Assembly: GCF_000143415.4 (NCBI RefSeq)
Contig: NW_003314448.1
Location: forward strand, 21,231-85,230
Source: Selaginella moellendorffii
Taxonomy: Eukaryota; Plantae; Lycopodiophyta
DNA: 64,000 nt
Reading direction: 5' to 3'
Below, one piece after another: positions 1-9,818 of this stretch. How positions within the stretch are numbered: position 1 is the first letter of the stretch; every line of letters begins with the position of its first letter. The translations under genes were made by a program, and so were the position numbers. The notes below the pieces were generated by a model. It worked only from the letters and a program-made list of their open reading frames with translations. It did no database searches and had not been told where the DNA came from.

Positions 1-56
1 GAGCCAAAATATAAGTAGAGCTGGCGCCGAGCTAGGGTTAGGGTAGACACTAGACG

Positions 57-108
57 ACTACACCCGGCTGATGAGTCCCAAAAAGGACGAAACCGGTCTC
101 GGGTTGTC
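57..108 (+). ncRNA. Type I hammerhead ribozyme (minimal, PLE-associated)
   Basis: CCCGG(63-67)-CUGAUGA(68-74)-GUCC-CAAAAA-GGAC(75-88, helix II)-GAAA(89-92)-C-CG-GUC(96-98)-UCGGG(99-103, pairs with 63-67). Full catalytic core; predicted cleavage after C98; helix III is the short palindrome ACCGGU. Confidence 0.93.
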
Positions 109-135
109 TTTTGTCCTCTCCCTCGCTCACGAATG

Positions 136-1953
136 AATGAAAATTCATTCCCTTGCCTCCTCTACTTGCTCTCGATCATGCCGTCTCGACAACGGCACAC
201 GGAGAATGTGGATTGCACAAAGTGGTGCCGCAATCTCGCCGGATTGCAGCAAAAGCCCTAAGTTGTTTGAGGAGAGAGCTCGAAGGCGCTAGAGAGAGAG
301 TGTGAGAAAGAGGGAGGGAGCGAGCGTCCAGGGCGGCACAAGCATCGCAGACCGCGGCAGCAACACATGGAGCTCGTCTCCCTCCTCTTTCTCCTCTTTT
401 CTCTCGCTCTCTGTCGTTTTTATCGATATCTCCCAAACGGCTGGGAGAAACCTCGATTCCTTCGACAGGGGGCTTCTAGGAGTGTAGATTCTCATCCTCC
501 TAGAAGGCCGCGGCGAGATCTGCCACGGATCTGGAGATCTCGCTGGCCCTAGGTCGCTGCTGTTTTTAGGGTTCTTCGGCGGCGGCTAGGGTTTTTCGGG
601 GCTTAGAGATTTGGAGGAGTGGAGAGGACAGCTAGGAACACCACGGCTGCAGCAGCTGGACGCTCTCCTCTCCTCCTCTTCTTTTTTCGCTTCTCATGGT
701 TTCAAGGTTTTTGGGAGCTCATAACTCCTGAACGGCTTGGAATTTTTCCACAAAAATTCACAGGGGGATAGCTGGGAGGGAGCCTCACACCCTCCCAGAA
801 GCGCAGGCAAAAATTCTTCACGGTCTCAGAGTTCTCACCTGCCCTAATTCGTGGCTAGGGTTAGGGTTCTTGGCTGGCTTTTGCCCTAACTACGGTTAGG
901 GCAGGACTTAGGGTGGCAGTGGGATCTCCGATCTGGCCACTCTAAGTGTCAGGGATCTTCGTTGCATGTGGTTGGCACGGCAGCAACATGGTGGAAACGC
1001 GACGGTTGCTGGTCTCGCAGCTTCGAGTGGGATTTCTCGCCTTAGGTCGGGCCATGCAAGGTGGTGACTGAGGTACGGAGAGCGTGAAGCTGCATGTGTC
1101 GGAAGTTCTTGGCGACTTGAGTCGTGGAAACACGACCAAGTCATGGGAACTTTGTTGACTGGTGGAGAACAGTTCGGGACGACATCCCGACATAGCGAAG
1201 TGTCCGCGGTGGATGGACGTGGAAGACACTATGGGCGCATTTTTGGATCTAGTGACAGGGAAGTGCTGTCACAAAGGGGGCCAGTGGCGGATGGCCGAGT
1301 TGGTTTGCTCGCGGAGGGGATCCCACATGGTTCTTGCTTCAGGGCTAGTCCTTTGAGGAGGTTCGCGGAGGCTTGCAAGTCTTGTGATTGTCGCGATGCC
1401 GGCAACGGGGGCTCGTATATCATTGAAGGGGGCCAGCGCACTTGTCTAGTGTGGGAGGCAAGGTAGCACGCTCTAGTCTAGAGCTGGAGGAGGCTCACAC
1501 CTCGCTTGTTCTACGCCTTGGAGTTTGTTCGCAATGGGCACCGACTTAGTGCTGGAAGTACACTGGGGAGCTTGTGCAGTGGAGTCACCTTGGAGGCGAG
1601 TGACCCATGAGCAACGCCGGGTCATCGTGCTCAAGTTGGACCGCTTGGCTGCGACGACGTCGAGCTAGATCGACATGGTGTTTGTCTGGCTTGTCATCAT
1701 TGTGACCGAGTGGAGGAGTGGCAAGGCGAAGCAGGTGGCTTCAAGCTCCGCGGTGGAGTCACCTGGGAGGTGGACGGCCCAAGAGCAGCGCCGGGCGTTC
1801 GCGCTCATAGTTTCACTAGTTTCTTCGAGAGTGCGCTCTCAATGTTGTTTTGATCCCTTTGGGATTGGGGTAATGTACATATATGTTTAGCAATCTCGCC
1901 GGATTGCAACACCACGGGGTGTCTTTGACCCTAAACGCCTAAACGCGCCTAAA
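136..1953 (+). mobile_element. Distal copy of the 3' non-coding region of the telomeric Penelope-like element
   Basis: Near-identical direct repeat of 7586-9402 (offset ~7450; the small ORFs in both copies translate almost identically). Ends in the same GTCTTTGA-CCCTAAA-CGCCTAAA-CGCGCCTAAA terminus. Confidence 0.85.
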
Positions 1954-2095
1954 CTCTAAACCTAAACCCTAAACCCTAAACCCTAAACGCGCCTAAACCC
2001 TAAACCCTAAACCCTAAACCTAAACCCTAAACCCTAAACCCGTAAACCCTAACCCCTAAACCCTAAACCCTAAACCTAAACCCTAAACCCTAAAA
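1929..2095 (+). repeat. Plant-type telomeric repeat tract (CCCTAAA)n with variants
   Basis: About 20 CCCTAAA/CCTAAA units read directly. Confidence 0.97.
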
Positions 2096-2096
2096 C

Positions 2097-2153
2097 CGCC
2101 GGATTGCAGCACCGCGGGGTGTCTTTGACCCTAAACGCCTAAACGCGCCTAAA
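2097..2153 (+). mobile_element. Extremely 5'-truncated (57 nt) copy of the element 3' terminus
   Basis: CGCCGGATTGCAGCACCGCGGGGTGTCTTTGACCCTAAACGCCTAAACGCGCCTAAA matches 9346-9402 and is embedded between two telomere tracts. Confidence 0.85.
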
Positions 2154-2180
2154 TCCTAAACCCTAAACCCTAAACCCTAA
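2154..2180 (+). repeat. Short telomeric tract capping the 5' end of the intact element
   Basis: TCCTAAA followed by about 3 CCCTAAA units directly before unique sequence. Confidence 0.9.
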
Positions 2181-2284
2181 TCCAGAAAAAGCTCAATCTA
2201 GCTCTTTATGGGACGCCCAAAAAAGGAGCCCTGCACACCAGCACTACCAGCAGAGAATCGGCCCAGAATCTAGGGCTACAAAGA

Positions 2285-2472
2285 ATGGGTGTAACTTAGT
2301 CAAGGATGTCCTGCTCTCAACCTTGACCGTCTGGAGGCTTGAGGGTGGATTTCTTGCACTAGTTCCCTGTGAAGAATTTATGGGTGTAACTCAGAGAAGG
2401 ATCTCCTGCTCTTCTGCTGACCGTCTGGAGGCTTAAGAACAGATTTCTTTCACTAGCTCCCCATGAAGGATG
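2285..2472 (+). repeat. Diverged ~95-bp tandem duplication in the element 5' region
   Basis: Two copies of ATGGGTGTAACT...AAGGAT..CCTGCTCT...GACCGTCTGGAGGCTT...GATTTCTT.CACTAG.TCCC..TGAAG. Confidence 0.75.
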
Positions 2473-2655
2473 CAACGTGGATCTACACTCTCACCAAATG
2501 ACTTCATTATGACTCACCAAATGGCTGAAACCCTTCACCAAATGGCTGATCGTATGTTGCCACGTAGAATTAATCATCCATGTATATATATTTCTTCTTA
2601 GGTATCTCAATCCCTTACACTTTCTGCTCGCTGTGACGGTCTGTGAGTAGTAGGC

Positions 2656-5364
2656 ATGCAAGCTTCTAGCCCTTTTTCTTCATCTTCATCGCCACTTAGT
2701 CATAGTTTAAGTGCTGGAGTGCCCTTGAATCTCATCTGTTCTATCAACGCTGCTGCAGATCAGGAGATACCAACGAATTCCCGGTCCCCCACACCGGAAT
2801 TCTCACCTCCTGAGTCAAGGCAGAACACACACGACACGCTCGTCTTGCCTTCCCAACAGACACTTGTCTTGCCTTCTCAGCGTGCACAAGCTCCTCAATC
2901 TCATCGTGGACTGTGGCCGAATTTCTCTCACCGGGACGTTCGCTCATACTTCATCCGGGACTCTGGTCCAGGACCGATTGAGATTGAAGACACAGCTGCA
3001 ACTTCTGGAGTAATGCATGACCAGTGTTCTCTTCCTCTTATGGCAAATGCTCCTCCATCACCTCCTCACATTGCTTCATCATCTCGTCAAACACCAAATC
3101 CTCCACCATCCAATTCCATTCATGGATCAGCCCCTATTCACGGATTTACACTCTCATCTCGTATCATACCATCTTCTTCCTCCACACCAAATACAACGCT
3201 GTCTTCCATACCAATTACAACGCTTACTACCATACAAACGTCCTGCTCTGCACCAGTTCCAACACCACTACCACGCACTCTACCACCTCAAACGTCAGTT
3301 CCAACACCACTACCACGCACTCTACCACCTCAAACGTCAGTTCCAACACCACTACCACGCACTCTACCACCTCAAACGTCAGTTCCAACACCACTACCAC
3401 GCACTCTACCACCTCAAACGTCAGTATATGCACTCACGACCGAGTCTCCTCCAGCTTCTCCTGAATTCTTGAGGGAACTGGCACTTACAGAGGAACGACA
3501 CTTGGCTGAACGACACTTGGCTTCACGACCTGTCTCAGCACCACTGTCAACGGCTACATGGTCCACTGTAGCATCAGTGACAGATATGCAGCCCACTCTG
3601 CCTCCAGCAACTGCCCCAGTAGCAACTATGCCGCCTAGGAGATCCGTTGTGCCACCTGTGACCACCTCTACATCCCCTATGGCTGTGCCTACAACAAACT
3701 CACTCTCACCACATGCACCAGCATATACACCCATGTCTACGCTTGCATGTACCTCTGTGCTCACAACTACAACCATCCATACACCTACTCCATCGACAAC
3801 TAGCCCTCCTCTCTTTGCTACAACACCTCATACTCCACCAACTTTCTCCATCTCGCCTCCTGTTCCATTAACCTTCTCCACCACACCACCTTTCTCCATG
3901 GCCTCAACTTTACCAACACTCTTTTCATCAACAACTTCAATCCCACCACCTTTTTCATCCCCAGCTGTGCCATCATCTACTCCATTCTCTGGATTGGTAG
4001 ACCTCTTCACAGTGTTGCAGAATAGTGCTGGCATTTCTGCTACTGGAAACACTCTTCCACAGCAGTTGCCACCTTTCCTTGCCCCTGGCAATGCCCTCAC
4101 TAGCTCCTCGACTGAGGGACTTGGTAGGCTTGATGAGGCTCTTTCTGCCATCCTTGAATGCTCGATCAAGGAATTCATGAACGAGCTCAAGTCTCTAAAT
4201 CAAGCTCACAAGGCTGTGAAGAGATTGACTCAGCTCCGTGATAAAAAGCAGTTCCCTCAAGACCTTCGCATTCGTGTGCCAAAGCTTGAGGTGACCTCTC
4301 ACGGTCAGGAACTTCTTGATACCAGCATCAAAGCAATCCACGAACAATACTTGAAGGACCTTCTTGATTCTCTGCTCAAGGCACGAGAGGCTGAGGCTGC
4401 TACCCTTGCGGATCTCATCAACCATGGACTCTCTCAACGTTTTAATGATCGAATGGATGATTTTGTTCACTGTGCTTTGCAGGCTTGTGGCAATGCACAA
4501 CGAGAGGCTGTCACACATACTCTCAATGCCCGCAAGCATCAGTTGATAGCTGAATACCAACGTGCGACTGCAATTGGAGCAGTGGCATATGGAGTTGAGG
4601 AGAGCAAAAAGGAAAATGCTCGCAAGCAAAGGGAAGCTGCAGAGGATGCTGCACGAGCCAAGGCGGAGACACTGCCCAAGGAAGACACTGTTAAGATGCT
4701 TGTCCAGAGCTGCTTTGACAAGATGTGGAAGGAGAGGGAGCGTGGAATTCCGAGACAACACCACGAAGATGCTGGCAGAGGCACCAGATCACAAGGCAAA
4801 CGACAGCAAAGGACGGATACCTCACTCCACATACGTGAAGCAGGCTCTTCAAAGACACGCAAGGTTTCTCTCCCCAGTGGTGAACGTGACGTTACCCATG
4901 GACGGCAGGGAAACGAGCAGGGGCGGAATGTGGTTACTGGGACTCCTCCCACCCATTCCGATGCCCCGGGTTTTTCTTCAAGGGGTCCCTTGCACCGGCA
5001 ATCTCCAACCGTGCTTGGTTCCCAGCCAGCCATGACTGGCAGAGGTGGCCAACGCCAGTCTCGAGGAAACGGTCGACCCCCACGGTCCCAACCGAACTGG
5101 CCAAGCGGCCGAGGGCGCCAGACTACACCACGACCTCCTCCAGCAGCCCAACAACGCCAGCCAACTCAGAACCAGAAACCACCTTCACCTCCCAGAGGAC
5201 AAGAGATGCAGCCCTCACAGCACCACAACAACACCCCACTCCACGAACGAACCCAACGCTATGGCTTGGGAAGAAACTCGCCTCCACAGCAACGCCCGCA
5301 CTCTCCAGTTACGGCAGTGCCTGTGGACAGAAAAGGCAAGGCAAAAGTTTCTGGCTACCTTTGA
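2656..5364 (+). CDS. PLE ORF1 protein, 902 aa: P/S/T-rich N-half, predicted coiled-coil centre, basic R/G/Q-rich tail
   Basis: Long intact ORF with an upstream TATATATA (~2583). Helical/charged segment (IKEFMNELKSLNQAHKAVKRLTQL...EESKKENARKQREAAEDAARAKAE). Lies directly upstream of and overlaps the RT frame. Confidence 0.85.
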   Translation: MQASSPFSSSSSPLSHSLSAGVPLNLICSINAAADQEIPTNSRSPTPEFSPPESRQNTHDTLVLPSQQTLVLPSQRAQAPQSHRGLWPNFSHRDVRSYFIRDSGPGPIEIEDTAATSGVMHDQCSLPLMANAPPSPPHIASSSRQTPNPPPSNSIHGSAPIHGFTLSSRIIPSSSSTPNTTLSSIPITTLTTIQTSCSAPVPTPLPRTLPPQTSVPTPLPRTLPPQTSVPTPLPRTLPPQTSVPTPLPRTLPPQTSVYALTTESPPASPEFLRELALTEERHLAERHLASRPVSAPLSTATWSTVASVTDMQPTLPPATAPVATMPPRRSVVPPVTTSTSPMAVPTTNSLSPHAPAYTPMSTLACTSVLTTTTIHTPTPSTTSPPLFATTPHTPPTFSISPPVPLTFSTTPPFSMASTLPTLFSSTTSIPPPFSSPAVPSSTPFSGLVDLFTVLQNSAGISATGNTLPQQLPPFLAPGNALTSSSTEGLGRLDEALSAILECSIKEFMNELKSLNQAHKAVKRLTQLRDKKQFPQDLRIRVPKLEVTSHGQELLDTSIKAIHEQYLKDLLDSLLKAREAEAATLADLINHGLSQRFNDRMDDFVHCALQACGNAQREAVTHTLNARKHQLIAEYQRATAIGAVAYGVEESKKENARKQREAAEDAARAKAETLPKEDTVKMLVQSCFDKMWKERERGIPRQHHEDAGRGTRSQGKRQQRTDTSLHIREAGSSKTRKVSLPSGERDVTHGRQGNEQGRNVVTGTPPTHSDAPGFSSRGPLHRQSPTVLGSQPAMTGRGGQRQSRGNGRPPRSQPNWPSGRGRQTTPRPPPAAQQRQPTQNQKPPSPPRGQEMQPSQHHNNTPLHERTQRYGLGRNSPPQQRPHSPVTAVPVDRKGKAKVSGYL
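3254..3425 (+). repeat. 42-bp coding tandem repeat x4 (VPTPLPRTLPPQTS)
   Basis: Four perfect copies in ORF1. Confidence 0.95.
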
Positions 5365-7208
5365 TTGCCCCGCATGAAGCTTTACTTCATTTTGCCGGCA
5401 ATCAAAAAGTTTCCCAGCTAGAAAATAGAGTGGAGATTGGTGCTGTTCACAATTTGTCTTCTCGCATGTTGAGTGCCGCTGAAAAGCGCCTCCTTGCTCT
5501 TGGGCTCTCATTCATTCCTAATCCAGTGCCTCTCACGGCCAAAAAGATTATGGAATGCTTAGATGACTTTCAATGCTCAGTCCGTCTTCGTAATTCGTTT
5601 AAGGACAGCAACAGTCTTATACCAGAGTTTCGGGTTCCCAACCCAAACTTTGATCCTCCCCCTGCTTCCTGGCACATGGAGTCACGAGTTGCCCGCATTC
5701 GAGAGCACCTTCTCCAACGTCTTTCCTGTTGTAAAAGACCTCGATCTTTTCTAAGAGGATGGAGACGTGATGCAGTCCTTGCGCTGCGACACGATCATAG
5801 TATTGTGATTAAGCCAGCCGACAAAAACCTTGGCGTAGTTGTTCTGGACCGCACGTGGTACATTCAAGAGGCTATGCGCCAACTCAATGATCCTCTTGTC
5901 TACAAGAGAGTTGAGTCGATTCCACATCAACCCATGCATGAGCGCCTCCTCGAACTTCTCCTGAAGTATAAATCTTGCTCATGGCTGGACAAGAACACAG
6001 CCAAGTACCTCATCACTTTGCCCTCACCTCCACGTAAAGCTTGTTTGTTGTATTTTCTTCCAAAAATACACAAGCAGCCAATTCGTGGGAGACCAATTGC
6101 TAGCTATGTTGGCTACATTTGGGAGCCACTTGCAAAATGGCTCCACCGCCAACTTTTTGGCATTCTCCTCCAACAGGAAACCTTTCTTATGGACTCCCAC
6201 ACTCTCCTTCATGATCTTCATAAACAACAGCTCCCAAAAGACTGCCTCCTCTTCACTTTTGATGTGGAGTCGCTCTACCCGAGCATTTCCACACGTGAAG
6301 GGCTCTATCGCCTCCATAAATTTGTATATAGAAATTTTGGAGATTCGATGCAAGCACGCTTTATCATGGCTGCTGCAGGACTCATCCTTGAACACAATTA
6401 TGTTGAGTTCGATGGGAGTTATTTCCTTCAAATCCGAGGCACTGCTATGGGGTCAAACTTTGCTGTGGTGTATGCTTGCCTTTTTCTTTGTTCCCTCGAG
6501 GACGAATTTAAGGCCACCTCTTCTAAATGGCCAATATATCTTAAGAGATATATTGACGATGGTGTTGGAATTTGGGATGGATCAAAAGAGAGCTTGGAAT
6601 GCTGGTTGGCTAGCTATGGAAGCCTCTGCAATTCTATAAAGATCACCTCAGTGATCTCATTTGAATCTATGGATATTCTAGACATCCATTTTTTCAAAGG
6701 CCCACGTTTTGAGAAATGCAGGTGCCTAGACTCCACCACCTTTCAAAAGCCACTAAATGCATACCAATATCTTCCATGGAACTCAACGCATCCTCGACAC
6801 CAAAAGATTGCCTTCATTCGTGCTGAACTTCGGCGTTACCTCCTACGAGAGAGTAACCCTGAGAGCTTCTGTGCAATTCGCAAGCTTTTCTATACTCGTC
6901 TCCATGCACGTGGATACCCAAGAGCCTTCCTTATTGAAGCTTTCCGGACAATCCATTATACGGACCGAGATAATGTGCTCTACTCTCCATCACGCAAATC
7001 CAGTAGCAATAGTCTACAGGCCCCCCTCATTTTCAAGCTGCCTTATACTCTCCATAGTGCGGCACTTGATGTGGGGAACACCCTAAACCCTAAACAGGTG
7101 ATTTCTGAAGTTCCATCAGACTCACTCCTCAGAGTGATCACATGCTGGACACGGTCCCCAAACCTTGCTTCCCACTTGGTTTCAGCGAGACTCCCACCAT
7201 ATGGATAA
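4890..7208 (+). CDS. Penelope-like reverse transcriptase without endonuclease (frame open from 4890; ORF track start 5361 is a TTG)
   Basis: PLE RT motifs IKPADKNLGVVVL, LYFLPKIHK..IRGRPI, FTFDVESLYPSI, GTAMGSNFA, RYIDD, FQKP...QYLPWNSTHP and RGYP. Protein ends shortly after the thumb with no GIY-YIG motif. Confidence 0.93.
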   Translation, partial: RYPWTAGKRAGAECGYWDSSHPFRCPGFFFKGSLAPAISNRAWFPASHDWQRWPTPVSRKRSTPTVPTELAKRPRAPDYTTTSSSSPTTPANSEPETTFTSQRTRDAALTAPQQHPTPRTNPTLWLGKKLASTATPALSSYGSACGQKRQGKSFWLPLIAPHEALLHFAGNQKVSQLENRVEIGAVHNLSSRMLSAAEKRLLALGLSFIPNPVPLTAKKIMECLDDFQCSVRLRNSFKDSNSLIPEFRVPNPNFDPPPASWHMESRVARIREHLLQRLSCCKRPRSFLRGWRRDAVLALRHDHSIVIKPADKNLGVVVLDRTWYIQEAMRQLNDPLVYKRVESIPHQPMHERLLELLLKYKSCSWLDKNTAKYLITLPSPPRKACLLYFLPKIHKQPIRGRPIASYVGYIWEPLAKWLHRQLFGILLQQETFLMDSHTLLHDLHKQQLPKDCLLFTFDVESLYPSISTREGLYRLHKFVYRNFGDSMQARFIMAAAGLILEHNYVEFDGSYFLQIRGTAMGSNFAVVYACLFLCSLEDEFKATSSKWPIYLKRYIDDGVGIWDGSKESLECWLASYGSLCNSIKITSVISFESMDILDIHFFKGPRFEKCRCLDSTTFQKPLNAYQYLPWNSTHPRHQKIAFIRAELRRYLLRESNPESFCAIRKLFYTRLHARGYPRAFLIEAFRTIHYTDRDNVLYSPSRKSSSNSLQAPLIFKLPYTLHSAALDVGNTLNPKQVISEVPSDSLLRVITCWTRSPNLASHLVSARLPPYG
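4908..4989 (+). promoter_or_regulatory. Predicted -1 programmed ribosomal frameshift signal (slippery heptamer plus H-type pseudoknot)
   Basis: G GGA AAC in the ORF1 frame, just after the last -1-frame stop (4887-4889). 5-nt spacer; stem 4920-4934/4951-4967; loop GGGACUCCU (4939-4947) complementary to AGGGGUCCC (4981-4989). Confidence 0.8.
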
Positions 7209-7227
7209 GCTACCTTGGACTTGCCCA

Positions 7228-7550
7228 AAGCTACCTCTTGCAAACTCAGAGTGGAATATTCCTGGAATATTCTGATGCTTTGAAATATTTTTTGAGGTTA
7301 GCTATTAAACATGATGAGGAACAATTAGGACGTGCTGCATGGCTGATATCCATCACCATCACCGTTCACAATATACTGCTATGAATAAGCTACCTCTTGC
7401 AAAGTCGGAGTGGAATATTCCTGGAATATTCTGATGCTTTGAAATAATTTTTGAGGTTGGCTATTAAACATGATAAGGAACAATTAGGACGTGCTGCATG
7501 GCTGATATCCATCACCATCACCGTTCACAATATACTGCTATGAATAAGCT
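7228..7550 (+). repeat. 159-bp tandem duplication in the 3' UTR of the PLE
   Basis: AAGCTACCTCTTGCAAA... starts at 7228 and again at 7387; few substitutions. Confidence 0.92.
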
Positions 7551-9377
7551 TCACACCACTAAGCTTGTTTATTTCCTGACCACTAAATGAAAATTCACTC
7601 CCTCGCCTCCTCTACTTGCTCTCGATCACGCCGTTTCGACAACGGCACACGGAGAATGTGGATTGCACAAAGTGGTGCCGCGATCTCGCCGGATTGCAAA
7701 AAAGCCCTAAGTTGTTTGAGGAGAGAGCTCGAAGGCGCTAGAGAGAGAGTGTGAGAAAGAGGGAGGGAGCGAGCGTCCAGGGCGGCACAAGCATCGCAGA
7801 CCGCGGCAGCAACACACGGAGCTCGTCTCCCTCCTCTTTCTCCTCTTTTCTCTCGCTCTCTGTCGTTTTTATCGATATCTCCCAAACGGCTGGGAGAAAC
7901 CTCGATTCCTTCGACGGGGGGCTTCTAGGAGTGTAGATTCTCATCCTCCTAGAAGGCCGCGGCGAGATCTGCCACGGATCTGGAGATCTCGCTGGCCCTA
8001 GGTCGCTGCTGTTTTTAGGGTTCTTCGGCGGCGGCTAGGGTTTTTCGGGGCTTAGAGATTTGGAGGAGTGGAGAGGACAGCTAGGAACACCACGGCTGCA
8101 GCAGCTGGACGCTCTCCTCTCCTCCTCTTCTTTTTTCGCTTCTCATGGTTTCAAGTTTTTTGGGAGCTCATAACTCCTGAACGGCTTGGAATTTTTCCAC
8201 AAAAATTCACAGGGGGATAGCTGGGAGGGAGCCTCACACCCTCCCAGAAGCGCAGGCAAAAATTCTTCACGGTCTCAGAGTTCTCACCTGCCCTAATTCG
8301 TGGCTAGGGTTAGGGTTCTTGGCTGGCTTTTGCCCTAACTACGGTTAGGGCAGGACTTAGGGTGGCAGTGGGATCTCCGATCTGGCCACTCTAAGTGTCA
8401 GGGATCTTCGTTGCATGTGGTTGGCACGGCAGCAACATGGTGGAAACGCGACGGTTGCTGGTCTCGCAGCTTCGAGTGGGATTTCTCGCCTTAGGTCGGG
8501 CCATGCAAGGTGGTGACTGAGGTACGGAGAGCGTGAAGCTGCATGTGTCGGAAGTTCTTGGCGACTTGAGTCGTGGAAACACGACCAAGTCATGGGAACT
8601 TTGTTGACTGGTGGAGAACAGTTCGGGACGACATCCCGACATAGCGAAGTGTCCGCGGTGGATGGACGTGGAAGACACTATGGGCGCATTTTTGGATCTA
8701 GTGACAGGGAAGTGCTGTCACAAAGGGGGCCAGTGGCGGATGGCCGAGTTGGTTTGCTCGCGGAGGGGATCCCACATGGTTCTTGCTTCAGGGCTAGTCC
8801 TTTGAGGAGGTTCGCGGAGGCTTGCAAGTCTTGTGATTGTCGCGATGCCGGCAACGGGGGCTCGTATATCATTGAAGGGGGCCAGCGCACTTGTCTAGTG
8901 TGGGAGGCAAGGTAGCACGCTCTAGTCTAGAGCTGGAGGAGGCTCACACCTCGCTTGTTCTACGCCTTGGAGTTTGTTCGCAATGGGCACCGACTTAGTG
9001 CTGGAAGTACACTGGGGAGCTTGTGCAGTGGAGTCACCTTGGAGGCGAGTGACCCATGAGCAACGCCGGGTCATCGTGCTCAAGTTGGACCGCTTGGCTG
9101 CGACGACGTCGAGCTAGATCGACATGGTGTTCGTCTGGCTTGTCATCATTGTGACCGAGTGGAGGAGTGGCAAGGCGAAGCAGGTGGCTTCAAGCTCCGC
9201 GGTGGAGTCACCTGGGAGGTGGACGGCCCAAGAGCAGCGCCGGGCGTTCGCGCTCATAGTTTCACTAGTTTCTTCGAGAGTGCGCTCTCAATGTTGTTTT
9301 GATCCCTTTGGGATTGGGGTAATGTACATATATGTTTAGCGATCTCGCCGGATTGCAGCACCGCGGGGTGTCTTTGA

Positions 9378-9818
<441 letters not shown>

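Noticed and set aside
176-1890. Small ORFs in the duplicated 3' module as real genes
   Set aside because: Short, overlapping on both strands and with no recognisable domains; identity between copies reflects recent duplication only.
4890-7208. Telomerase (TERT) gene
   Set aside because: Motifs (ADKN, LPKIHK, GTAMGS, YIDD, HP..K, RGYP), lack of introns and the upstream ORF1 are PLE-type; no T or CP motifs seen.
7209-7590. Second hammerhead in the 3' UTR repeats (CTGATGC, ATGATGAGG)
   Set aside because: No complete CUGANGA-helix II-GAAA arrangement.
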